Source of the DNA: Promethearchaeia archaeon | GTDB lineage: Archaea > Asgardarchaeota > Lokiarchaeia > Sigyniarchaeales > SOKP01 | Direction: 5' to 3' | DNA length: 13,980 nucleotides | Assembly: GCA_029856105.1 (NCBI GenBank) | Contig: JAHQWH010000225.1 | Span: forward strand, 1 to 13,980 | Shown: in pieces, positions 1-8,354 of the stretch | Layout: each line of letters begins with the position of its first letter | How positions within the stretch are numbered: the stretch's first letter is position 1 | Made by a program: the position numbers and the translations under genes | The notes under the pieces: generated by a model | What the model was told of the DNA's origin: nothing | What the model saw: only the letters and a program-made list of their open reading frames with translations | Database searches by the model: none

Positions 1-121
1 CGAAATGATCGAAGATAACTAAGAAAATCATTACTGCTTTCAGAAAATCTATTTGAAAATAGTTCGTCTTACGTCCATTTTGTTCTTCTTGTTCAAGATC
101 TTGTAAAATAGTTTCATTCAT
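1..121 (-). CDS. Acyltransferase family 3 (OafA/YrhL-like membrane acyltransferase), 5' part only, runs off window start
   Basis: Manual translation from ATG at 121: MNETILQDLEQEEQNGRKTNYFQIDFLKAVMIFLVIFDHF, open to base 1. IDFLKAVMIFLVIFDH fits the first-helix motif ID-x-L-R/K-x6-V-x3-H of Acyl_transf_3. Confidence 0.7.
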   Translation of the reverse strand, partial: MNETILQDLEQEEQNGRKTNYFQIDFLKAVMIFLVIFDHF

Positions 122-309
122 GTTATTTATCGAAATTTTTAATGTTCATTTTTTATTGTAAATTATAATATTTTTACGGTATAGTAAATTATAATACTTT
201 ATCATTGCAAAATTTTATATTGTTAAAGGAGTCCGATTTTTACAATTGAGGACATATTATAGAAATTATTCATTTAAAAATTAAGCTTGAATTATCTGAT
301 TTTAATTGT

Positions 310-2223
310 TTAGTTTTTATTAATTTGAGCTAGAAATAGATCTGCTATCGTGAGCCATTTCAGCTTTGTTTCAGAGTCAGATTTACTTTTGGTTGCTAAA
401 TTTTTACCTTCTTTTAGATTTTTAAGTGCTAAATCATATTTTTCAAGAGCTTTATAACAAATTCCTAATTTAATGTAAGTTTGATAAACGTACCAATCAT
501 CAATTCCTATCACCATCGCCTTGAGGAACTTTTTGATTGCTTCATCATACTCTTCAAAATACATCAAAATTTCACCGTAAGTATCTTGATATATTCCATT
601 TTCGGGTTCTATTTTAGTGAGTTCTTTTATAATTTTAATCGATTCTTCTTTGTTGTCTAAATAATACGTCCAATAGGCTTTATAACAGATAAGATCATTG
701 TTATTTGGAAATTCTTGAATAAGGTTGTTAATTATCTTTAATCCTGTTTCAATATTTTGATTTCTTCTATGCACTACCGCCGTTAATAATTTAATATCTT
801 TTTCACTTTCAGGAAAAAGTTCAAGCATATTATTCAATAGTTTTAATGCTTCTTGGTATTGGTTAAAATAAATCAATGTTCTAATCTTCAAATAATACAG
901 GTCAAGATTTTCTGGCTTCAAATCAATTTTTTTATCGATTTCTTTTATTTGTTCTTCATATTGATTTTCCATATTTTCAGTGATTTCTAATTGAAAATTA
1001 TCTGATATGCTCTGCCAAATAATACCCTCTAATTTGTCATATGTTTCTTTTAATTTTCTTCTAGTCTTAATTTTATAAGCAAGATATTTAATATATTCGG
1101 GTAAAAACTGTTTTAATGCTGGTTTTAAGTCTGCATTAAATAAGATTTCACAGCTCTTGTTTGCGATACCATCTACTATGGATTCAATATCTATTGTAGG
1201 GTCATTTTGAGTTGATTGTGAGAAGAGTTTATTCAAATAAAACACTTTAGTCATATTATTCTCAACCAATGCTCGAAGAATTCTTTCTATTTTTCCGTCT
1301 GATTTAAAGTAATATTGTTCCCCTGATGGTTGCGGTAATATAAAAAACCTTTGTGGATAGATTTTGCCTTCCGATATTTCAGTAATATAATAGTCAAGCG
1401 TAGTTTTCTTAATTTTATATATTTTTGAAAAATCTTCTGGAGAAATGAAGTTTGGGTAATTATCTGGATGATTAATTGAAAGAAATAATAAAATTTTGTG
1501 AAAAACCGCCTCGTCTTTTAATATTGGCTTTACTTTTTCATAACCTAATGTTAAAATAGTGTTAAGAAATCTAAATTGAATATCTTTATCTTTAATTCTG
1601 AAACAATCGAAAAATTGAATTGTTTTATTAGTTATCTCTTCAATTCGTTTACCTTCTTCTTCTAAAATGGTTTGTCTATCTAAGTCGTATTTTTGAAGCA
1701 TCCTTGAATACTCAGATTTACCGGCTCTAGTTATTATATATTTTCCCTCCTTTTTTATTAAAAAACCCTTTTCGATTAGTATACTCAGATTTTTTGACAA
1801 GGAAGATTGATTAATTGAGAGGGGATCTTCAAGAAATTCAGACCTTTTACAGTAATCATTATTGTAAACCATCCATAGAATCCAGTGAGAGTAGTTTCTT
1901 CCGCTTTTTAAAATAATATTTGGAGGATAAATTAGTTTATGAGTCTTTCCTTTGGGACTGGATAACTCATGAAATTCTTTTCTTCCCTCGGAAGTAATTC
2001 TATAATGCCCTCGAGAAAGTTTTTCTGCATAACCGTTGCGTTTTAAAGCTTCAAGATGTCTAGATAAAGTCCCAGGCGGGATTTCAATTGGTTCCTTACA
2101 AAAATCTGCCCACTTACACACATCATTATTATTCAACATCCAGAGAATGATATGGTCATAATTTGGCCTTTTCCACTTAGAGGGTATATATATCTTTTCT
2201 GGAGGATAAGTTACATTTCCCAT
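310..2223 (-). CDS. Multi winged-helix (2 clear + 1 degenerate wHTH) protein with C-terminal TPR repeats; putative transcription regulator
   Basis: 637-aa ORF. aa 6-88 and 99-177 are homologous (YPP..NY.H.ILWM..NND.CK...F..P..I...LS..L..L...G...K...Y.IT..G), resembling MarR/ArsR wHTH. C-terminal TPR patterns include YQDTYGEILMYFEEYDEAIKKFLKA and TYIKLGICYKALEKYDLALKNLKEG. Confidence 0.8.
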   Translation of the reverse strand: MGNVTYPPEKIYIPSKWKRPNYDHIILWMLNNNDVCKWADFCKEPIEIPPGTLSRHLEALKRNGYAEKLSRGHYRITSEGRKEFHELSSPKGKTHKLIYPPNIILKSGRNYSHWILWMVYNNDYCKRSEFLEDPLSINQSSLSKNLSILIEKGFLIKKEGKYIITRAGKSEYSRMLQKYDLDRQTILEEEGKRIEEITNKTIQFFDCFRIKDKDIQFRFLNTILTLGYEKVKPILKDEAVFHKILLFLSINHPDNYPNFISPEDFSKIYKIKKTTLDYYITEISEGKIYPQRFFILPQPSGEQYYFKSDGKIERILRALVENNMTKVFYLNKLFSQSTQNDPTIDIESIVDGIANKSCEILFNADLKPALKQFLPEYIKYLAYKIKTRRKLKETYDKLEGIIWQSISDNFQLEITENMENQYEEQIKEIDKKIDLKPENLDLYYLKIRTLIYFNQYQEALKLLNNMLELFPESEKDIKLLTAVVHRRNQNIETGLKIINNLIQEFPNNNDLICYKAYWTYYLDNKEESIKIIKELTKIEPENGIYQDTYGEILMYFEEYDEAIKKFLKAMVIGIDDWYVYQTYIKLGICYKALEKYDLALKNLKEGKNLATKSKSDSETKLKWLTIADLFLAQINKN

Positions 2224-2296
2224 AATTTAAGAAATCAAAATGTAATTTTTCTGAATTATAGATCAACATCTATTCTATTTATATTTATTTCATAAA

Positions 2297-2350
2297 AGTT
2301 TCAATAAAAATCGAAACTATCGAGAAACTATCGATAGCTCAATTATATAT
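2297..2350. promoter_or_regulatory. Putative operator (11-bp tandem repeat/palindrome) next to a TATA-like box in the divergent promoter
   Basis: GAAACTATCGA at 2313-2323 and 2324-2334. Palindrome CTATCGATAG at 2328-2337. AGTTTC-N10-GAAACT at 2297-2318. TTATATAT at 2343-2350. Confidence 0.45.
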
Positions 2351-2429
2351 GCAACAATATCTAAAATTCTAATTAATCATCATAAAGATGATAAAACCGA
2401 AATTTAACAAAAAAGAGTGGAAAAAAAAA

Positions 2430-2825
2430 ATGACCGAAATTAAAAAACTTACAAAAATCGTACTTATAGTGGATGCTATTATTTGGTTCATATTTGGGAC
2501 ACTCCTTACATTTCTATATGATATGGCATTGAATCCTGAGGGTTGGACAAATCCCTATTTCCCAAGAATGTTTGGGGGAGTTAATTACCTATCTGCCATT
2601 TTCGCAATTTTAATGTTTCGCAAAAAGGAATGGGAAGAAATTAAATTTACATTTGCGTATTTGGTAGGATGGTGTTTATCGACATTAATCATTGAAGTTG
2701 CTGTATTAGCTACATTTGGCTCCACTTTTGGAGCTTCGATAATTCAATCAGGTTTAGGTACTATAACCATAGAGGCTGTACTTTTAACGCTTGGAATTGT
2801 CTCTTATATCAAACAGAGAAGCTAA
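2430..2825 (+). CDS. Small integral membrane protein (about 4 TM helices), function unknown
   Basis: Four hydrophobic segments. The ORF track starts at 2388, but ATG 2430 (MTEIKKLTK) is preferred because it follows GAGTGG plus an A-run, and the extra 14 aa read like a translated A-rich leader. Confidence 0.75.
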   Translation: MTEIKKLTKIVLIVDAIIWFIFGTLLTFLYDMALNPEGWTNPYFPRMFGGVNYLSAIFAILMFRKKEWEEIKFTFAYLVGWCLSTLIIEVAVLATFGSTFGASIIQSGLGTITIEAVLLTLGIVSYIKQRS

Positions 2826-2854
2826 ACGCAACATATGAAAAATTAATTAATAAA

Positions 2855-2866
2855 TTTTTTTTTTTT
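2855..2866 (+). terminator. Archaeal oligo-T terminator
   Basis: T12 run about 30 nt after the TAA at 2825. Confidence 0.5.
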
Positions 2867-3039
2867 AGTTCTAGTTCCTGATTATAGAAACCTTTCTGAA
2901 TAATAAATGAATTTTTCTTAACTTTTAACTTAATATTCAAAATCCAAATGAAAGTCTTTTTATAAAGGAGTTATACACTAGATTTAAAATCATAAATGGT
3001 TTATTAATTCATAAGGTTTAATCTATATTAATTAATAAA

Positions 3040-5004
3040 ATGTCTTATTCAAAGCTAAATCCACTAATGTTGGCAGAAGAGCTTTTTGATACGGGCAACC
3101 TTGATGAAGCTCTTGAAATACTAAATCATGAGAGCCATTTTGAGGGGCTTAGTCTTCAGCAAAAAAGTCATTTTCAGTTTCTTAAGGGTTTAATTCTCTT
3201 GTATCTTAATCAAGGAGAAGAACTCATTAATTTCGGCGAGATAATGTATAAAGAAGGTCAAAAATGTAAGGATAAGCTCCACTCTTTTGATGGATTATGG
3301 TTTATTATCATTGGATTAGCTATATCAGGTAAATTTGAGGAAGCGTTTAATTTTTTTAAAGAAATTGAATTAGTAATAAAGTCTATTTCAAATGCGTCTA
3401 AAGAAATTATAACTCAAAGAAAAGTTCGTCTAAGTGTAACAAAAGCCTTTGTTGGATTGCATGGTGGTAATGTAGATTTGGGTGAGAAGTCTTTAGAGTG
3501 GATCTTAGATTCACAAGAAAAATTCGATAAATCATTCGAAATCGTCTGGGCTAATCTTATAATGGCGAGTTATTTAATGCGAGTAAAAAGCAGGTTTGAT
3601 CTTTGTCTGGAGCACATCAAAAAAGCATTATCTCTTGCAAAGGAAATTAAATTCAATCACTTCTGGATTGCTCTGTGTCAACTCTATTTTGGAGGATATT
3701 ATATATCTATTGGCGAAATGGATAAGAGCTTGAAATATAACATAAAGGGTTTAGAATTATTTAAAAAGATAAAGAGTAGTTTTAATATTGCAATTCTATT
3801 AAATAATATTGGGAATTTATATGGTGAAATGGGTGAATATGAACTTGCTGTGGAACATTTAGAGGAGAGTATAAATCTTTTAGAGCAGATTCCTCAAAGT
3901 TTCTTTTCTATTGAAGGTACTATTGAAAGTTTAATAACCTTAGCCGTTGAAAATGGAGATAAGGAACGTGCTCAAAAATATTTTCATCGTTTGGAAAATA
4001 TTTATAACCAGAAAAGAGGCGATGGAATTGAATTTAGTTACAAATTCGCTAAAGCCCTAATTTTAAAAACAAGTTCTCGAATCCGAGATAAAGCAAAAGC
4101 AGAAGATTTATTCAAAGAACTTATAGAAACTGAAACTATATTTTTTGATGTTATTATAAAAGCTCATATCCATCTTTGTGACATACTTCTCACGGAATAT
4201 CGTATAGAGAATAATGTTGAGGTACTTAATGAACTTAATTATTATATTTCCAGGCTATTGGATATTGCTGAAAAGCAACATTCATATCTAGTTTTTTGTG
4301 AGTCGTTCATATTACGAGCTAAATTAGCTTTGATTGATTTCAATATGAAAGCAGCAAGGCGTTACTTAACTCAAGCTCAAAAAATAGCGGAATCATATGG
4401 AATAAAACGATTGGCGATGAAAATTTCATATGAACACGACGAATTACTTAAACAATCTAAACTATGGGAGAGCTTAAAAGAATCAAAAATGCCGTTATCT
4501 GAACGTTGGAAACTTGCTGGCTTGAACGAACAAATGGTGAAAATGGTGAAAAAACGAATGATTGAAATTCCGAAGCTTTCAAACGAGGAGCCTGTTCTTC
4601 TTTTAATCGTATCAGAGGGAGGGGTACCTTTTTTTTCACATTCTTTTATAGAGGATAAATCCTTTGGATCGCACCTTTTTGGTGGTTTTCTGAGTACAAT
4701 TGATTACTTTATTAAAGAAATGTTTTCAGAAGGATTGGATCGAGCAGTATTCGGTGAACATACGCTTCTTATGAAATCTATTCCGCCATTTTTCATTTCT
4801 TACATATTTAAAGGCGACTCTTATTATGCTCTACAAAAATTAGATTATTTTAAAGATCACTTACAAAAAGATGAGGATATTTGGAAAAAATTACTCAGAT
4901 ATAAACAAGTAAACGAATCAATTAATTTAAGAGATATGCACGTGCTTGAATCCTTAATAGCTGATATTTTTATTGCTAAGAGTATAATATCTAGCGATCT
5001 TTAA
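3040..5004 (+). CDS. TPR-repeat protein with C-terminal longin-like domain
   Basis: 654 aa. TPR patterns such as IAILLNNIGNLYGEMGEYELAVEHLEESINL. From aa ~516 (nt 4585), PVLLLIVSEGGVPFFSHSF...HLFGGFLSTIDYFIKEMF..LDRAVFGEHTLLMK...FFISYIFKG..helix fits the beta-beta-alpha-beta-beta-beta-alpha longin pattern. Confidence 0.75.
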   Translation: MSYSKLNPLMLAEELFDTGNLDEALEILNHESHFEGLSLQQKSHFQFLKGLILLYLNQGEELINFGEIMYKEGQKCKDKLHSFDGLWFIIIGLAISGKFEEAFNFFKEIELVIKSISNASKEIITQRKVRLSVTKAFVGLHGGNVDLGEKSLEWILDSQEKFDKSFEIVWANLIMASYLMRVKSRFDLCLEHIKKALSLAKEIKFNHFWIALCQLYFGGYYISIGEMDKSLKYNIKGLELFKKIKSSFNIAILLNNIGNLYGEMGEYELAVEHLEESINLLEQIPQSFFSIEGTIESLITLAVENGDKERAQKYFHRLENIYNQKRGDGIEFSYKFAKALILKTSSRIRDKAKAEDLFKELIETETIFFDVIIKAHIHLCDILLTEYRIENNVEVLNELNYYISRLLDIAEKQHSYLVFCESFILRAKLALIDFNMKAARRYLTQAQKIAESYGIKRLAMKISYEHDELLKQSKLWESLKESKMPLSERWKLAGLNEQMVKMVKKRMIEIPKLSNEEPVLLLIVSEGGVPFFSHSFIEDKSFGSHLFGGFLSTIDYFIKEMFSEGLDRAVFGEHTLLMKSIPPFFISYIFKGDSYYALQKLDYFKDHLQKDEDIWKKLLRYKQVNESINLRDMHVLESLIADIFIAKSIISSDL

Positions 5005-5045
5005 AAATAAAACTTAAGAATTATAGTATTAAAACTCAACTACCT

Positions 5046-5057
5046 AAAGTTTTATAT
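5046..5057 (+). promoter_or_regulatory. Putative BRE/TATA box of the GTPase gene
   Basis: AAAG followed by TTTTATAT (5050-5057), about 60 nt upstream of ATG 5118. AT-rich background limits certainty. Confidence 0.35.
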
Positions 5058-5117
5058 TCCGCACCATCTAATTTTACATTAAAGTAAAATTTTAATTAAA
5101 AAGCACTTAATTATTCA

Positions 5118-5672
5118 ATGACTAATTCTCGGGAATTTGAATTTAAAATATCCATAATAGGAGATGGAGGTGTCGGGAAAACTTCTTTAATTAAGAAGTT
5201 TACGAATGGAACTTTTGAGAAAGATTATATTAAGACTATCGGCGCTCAATTTTCAAAGTATGATAAAAAAATTAATGAAGATGTAATTAATTTAATATTT
5301 TGGGATATTGCAGGTCAAAAGGATTTTAAATTTCTACATCCCTTATTTTATAAAGAAAGCCGAGCTGGAATCATTGTTTGTAGCCTTGAAGTAAACGATT
5401 TAGGAAAAAACAGCTTCTTACATGTAGAGAATTGGTGTAAAGAATTAGAAAAGTATTGTGGCGATATTCCTGTAGTTTTATTTGCAAACAAAGTTGATTT
5501 AGTAGATGAAAATAAATTAAGTAAAATCAGATTTCGAGAATTTGCAGAAAATTATAATTTACTTGAATATTATATTACTTCCGCAAAAACAGGAGAGGGA
5601 GTAATAGAAGCATTTAATTCAATTATTGAAAAATTATATTATAAATATAAAACTTTATCTTCCCAGAAATAA
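5118..5672 (+). CDS. Rab-like small GTPase (Ras superfamily)
   Basis: G1 GDGGVGKT, G2 YIKTIG, G3 WDIAGQ, G4 NKVD, G5 SAK. RabF-like IGAQF, NLIFW and FYKES. No C-terminal Cys prenylation motif. Confidence 0.93.
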   Translation: MTNSREFEFKISIIGDGGVGKTSLIKKFTNGTFEKDYIKTIGAQFSKYDKKINEDVINLIFWDIAGQKDFKFLHPLFYKESRAGIIVCSLEVNDLGKNSFLHVENWCKELEKYCGDIPVVLFANKVDLVDENKLSKIRFREFAENYNLLEYYITSAKTGEGVIEAFNSIIEKLYYKYKTLSSQK

Positions 5673-5735
5673 CCCATTTCTTTTTCTCGTCCGTGTTCAA
5701 ATCGGAAGTGCGTTTATCACTTTAGAAAGTTTGTC

Positions 5736-5786
5736 AAAAAAATTATAACAAAAATTAGCATTTAGCACTCTTGAAAAGAATGCTAA
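5736..5786 (-). terminator. Stem-loop plus oligo-T terminator of the J-domain gene
   Basis: Minus-strand RNA UUAGCAUUCUU-UUC-AAGAGUGCUAA (5786-5762) forms an 11-bp stem with one G-U pair, overlapping the TAG stop. It is followed by U5 (5754-5750) and U7 (5742-5736). Confidence 0.45.
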
Positions 5787-6136
5787 GTATACATTTCTTC
5801 AGGAGGAGGCTTATTGTATGGAGTTCTATAAAAGTTCGAATATAACTGTCTTAAATTTTCTCTAAATCGAGTAGAGTTATATTTCCAAAGCAAATCGCTT
5901 AAATCAACGTTTTTTGGATTGTACCCTGCTTGGTCATAAATTTTCCTTCTTTGGGGATCGCTTAATGTATCGTAGGCTTCGTGTAGTTCAATAAATCTCT
6001 CCTTAGCTTTGGGATCGGTTTTATTAAGGTCGGGATGATATTTTTTCGCTAGTTTCCGATAAGACCGTTTAATCTCTTCCTTGGAAGCGTCTGCTTCGAC
6101 CTCGAGAATTTTATAATAATCCTTATTCTTTTCCAT
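5783..6136 (-). CDS. Small J-domain protein (class III DnaJ-like)
   Basis: [39 protein letters not shown]...RK.YDQ is a J-domain with intact HPD. No G/F region, Zn finger or CTD. Confidence 0.92.
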   Translation of the reverse strand: MEKNKDYYKILEVEADASKEEIKRSYRKLAKKYHPDLNKTDPKAKERFIELHEAYDTLSDPQRRKIYDQAGYNPKNVDLSDLLWKYNSTRFRENLRQLYSNFYRTPYNKPPPEEMYT

Positions 6137-6200
6137 TTTAGATATTTTTCTTTATTTTTGTATAAGAAGAAAATGAGGAAATATAAATCCTTGGTCTTTT

Positions 6201-6210
6201 AAAAAAAAAA
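6201..6210 (-). terminator. Oligo-T terminator of the MFS gene
   Basis: A10 on plus (T10 on minus), about 23 nt after the stop at 6233. Confidence 0.4.
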
Positions 6211-6232
6211 GTAGAAGTTATTTGCTTTTCTA

Positions 6233-7522
6233 TTACTCTTTGATTGCTTTGTGTTCGTAATCTTCCCTTTTTATCATTAGGAAGGCCAAAAGGCCAATAT
6301 TGCCCCCTATGGCTAAAAATAGAAACACTATTAGATACGATGCGGTAGCTGTTAAAATAATTCCTGTTAAAGACATCCCGACTATAGAACCTAAATTTGC
6401 GAAAGCATTACACATAGAATAATAAGTACTACTCATTTCAGGGTGCTGCTTTGAAATTTCAGTTACTACAGCAGCGTAGCTAGAATGTCGCCACCCAATT
6501 GCTATACCTACAAATGACGAAAAGATCAATAAAATATGCCATTCTAATGGAGCCATCATTAGAAATAAAGCGATGGTAGTTATAATGTACGCAAGATAAA
6601 CGCTTATTTTTCTTGTGATTCGATCAGCGATTTGTCCTCCGAGTATTGCTCCAATCACCACCCCAATAGCAATTATCATAGTTAAGTAGCCATTTACTAA
6701 GTATATCTCTAAATCATCGCTAGGCAGTGAAAGGGATGTCCCACTTGAAGATAATAAACCCATTTGTATTAAGATGAAAATTGAGACAAACAAAACACCA
6801 ACAGAATCTATAAGAGCAGCGAATAAAGAAAATCCGTAAGCTTTCCAATCTCTTTTATTGTTGAACATTTCCTTGAGATGCTTACCAATTTTGGCTTCTG
6901 GGTATGACTTAGGCTCTTTTATGAGAACGGTTAAAAATGAACACAAAATAGTTAAAATTCCTATAAGGATAAATAACATTGGTACATTTAAAACGCCGGT
7001 TACTACTAATAAAGCAAATAATGGACCTCCAGCTACAGCTCCTACTGACCTTAGACCCCAATTAAACCCTGATACGCGTCCTAATTTTTCTTTTGGTGTA
7101 ATATCCAGCATTAAACCGTCGATAATTGTATCACCCCAAGCAACTCCAAGAAAAATTAGAAGACCCATAATCGTAAAAACAGAAATGGCGTTTTCAGAGT
7201 TAATCGTGTTATTTAATCCTAAAATCATCCATAATAGTCCTGAAAATGATACCATGCCTATTATCCAAGGTCGTCTTCTCCCTATTTTTTTAAGCCCAAA
7301 TTTATCGCCAAGAATTCCATAAAAAATTTTAAAAATCCAAGGTAAACCAATTATGGATCCCATAAACGCGAGTTTCGAAGCATCGAGCACTCCAATAAAT
7401 TGGATCAAATAAATTGGTATAATTACCGCAAATAGAGATTGATTTATTCCTTGGAAAAGGTAATTCACATTAAAAATAGCAATATAATAACTCTTAAATT
7501 CGACTTGTTCTAGTTCAGTCAT
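6233..7522 (-). CDS. MFS permease, AmpG/acetyl-CoA transporter (PAT)/BT1-like
   Basis: 429 aa, about 12 TM segments. LPWIFKIFYGILGD..GRRRPW and DTIIDG are typical of AmpG/ACATN/BT1-type MFS. Second-half motif A is GGQIADRITRK. Confidence 0.88.
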   Translation of the reverse strand: MTELEQVEFKSYYIAIFNVNYLFQGINQSLFAVIIPIYLIQFIGVLDASKLAFMGSIIGLPWIFKIFYGILGDKFGLKKIGRRRPWIIGMVSFSGLLWMILGLNNTINSENAISVFTIMGLLIFLGVAWGDTIIDGLMLDITPKEKLGRVSGFNWGLRSVGAVAGGPLFALLVVTGVLNVPMLFILIGILTILCSFLTVLIKEPKSYPEAKIGKHLKEMFNNKRDWKAYGFSLFAALIDSVGVLFVSIFILIQMGLLSSSGTSLSLPSDDLEIYLVNGYLTMIIAIGVVIGAILGGQIADRITRKISVYLAYIITTIALFLMMAPLEWHILLIFSSFVGIAIGWRHSSYAAVVTEISKQHPEMSSTYYSMCNAFANLGSIVGMSLTGIILTATASYLIVFLFLAIGGNIGLLAFLMIKREDYEHKAIKE

Positions 7523-7571
7523 TTTTTTTTTTTAATATTTTAATTAGTTTCAATAATTAAATTATTCGACA

Positions 7572-7586
7572 TTTATAAAATTTCTA
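7572..7586 (-). promoter_or_regulatory. Putative BRE/TATA of the MFS gene
   Basis: Minus strand reads TAGAAA-TTTTATAAA, about 50 nt upstream of ATG 7522. Confidence 0.35.
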
Positions 7587-7764
7587 GTAGGATAAAGATA
7601 ATGAATATCATTTATTTTTTCCTCTTTACATTTATGTAAATGTATTATTGACATAAAAGTAAGCGATATATCTAGGTTTTAAAAAGATGATCCGAAATTA
7701 TCACTTAAACTTAGTATTAGATTGTTTAATATTAGATTCATTATCTCTAATAGAAAAACTCTTA

Positions 7765-8241
7765 TTACTCAGGAATTATGATCGTATGGTCCTCTTTAAT
7801 ACGATCTAATACTATTTGAGTCTTAATTTCTTCAACACCGGGAAGGTTTCGCAATTTCTCAATTAAAACCATTGAATCTTCGTGATCCATACATTTAGCC
7901 ATGATAAACAAGGGATATTCCCCCGTGACTATATACGCAAACTTGATTTTTTCCATACCTTCAATATGTCCCTTAATGCGTTCCAAAGGCTCAGAAGAAT
8001 TTACTCGTAATGAAGCTATTACCATTTCGCGATATCCTAATTGACGGCAATCTATTAAAGCTACGTATTTTTTAATAAGATTTTCTTCTAACCTTACTAT
8101 TCGAGACCTTATAGCAGTAGGACTTTTTCCAACTTTCACAGAAATCTCTTTTATTGTAATTTTTGCATCGTTTTGTAGTAATTCTAAAATGTCTTTATCA
8201 ATTCCATCAATCTCTGGAAGTTTTAAGTTTGTTGCTGTCAT
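7765..8241 (-). CDS. Lrp/AsnC family transcriptional regulator
   Basis: N-terminal HTH IDKDILELLQNDAKITIKEISVKVGKSPTAIRSRIVRL. Linker Y.ALID..LG. RAM domain with VTGEY and LRNLPGVEEIKTQIVL. Confidence 0.92.
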   Translation of the reverse strand: MTATNLKLPEIDGIDKDILELLQNDAKITIKEISVKVGKSPTAIRSRIVRLEENLIKKYVALIDCRQLGYREMVIASLRVNSSEPLERIKGHIEGMEKIKFAYIVTGEYPLFIMAKCMDHEDSMVLIEKLRNLPGVEEIKTQIVLDRIKEDHTIIIPE

Positions 8242-8322
8242 GTTATTTTTCTTATTATTTTTATATTTTTTAAAAATTTTATTCTCTAAAGCTTTATTAA
8301 GATTTTATTACTTATAATTTTT

Positions 8323-8354
8323 TCACTAAAATCACACTTTACTTTAGTGATTTT
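8323..8354. promoter_or_regulatory. Putative operator in the lrp/tusA divergent promoter
   Basis: Overlapping perfect 8-bp inverted repeats: TCACTAAA-N12-TTTAGTGA (8323-8350) and AAAATCAC-N11-GTGATTTT (8328-8354). Confidence 0.4.

Noticed and set aside
123-149. 8-codon uORF (MNIKNFDK) ending 1 nt before the acyltransferase ATG
   Set aside because: Easily arises by chance in AT-rich DNA and has no distinctive codons.
4457-4639. 60-aa minus-strand ORF
   Set aside because: Antisense shadow of the TPR-longin gene, with no motifs.
5689-5723. Two small hairpins after the GTPase (TCCG..CGGA and AAGTG..CACTT) as an ncRNA/tRNA remnant
   Set aside because: Stems of only 4-5 bp, with no cloverleaf or recognisable motif.
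6858-7322. 154-aa plus-strand ORF
   Set aside because: Antisense shadow of the MFS gene.
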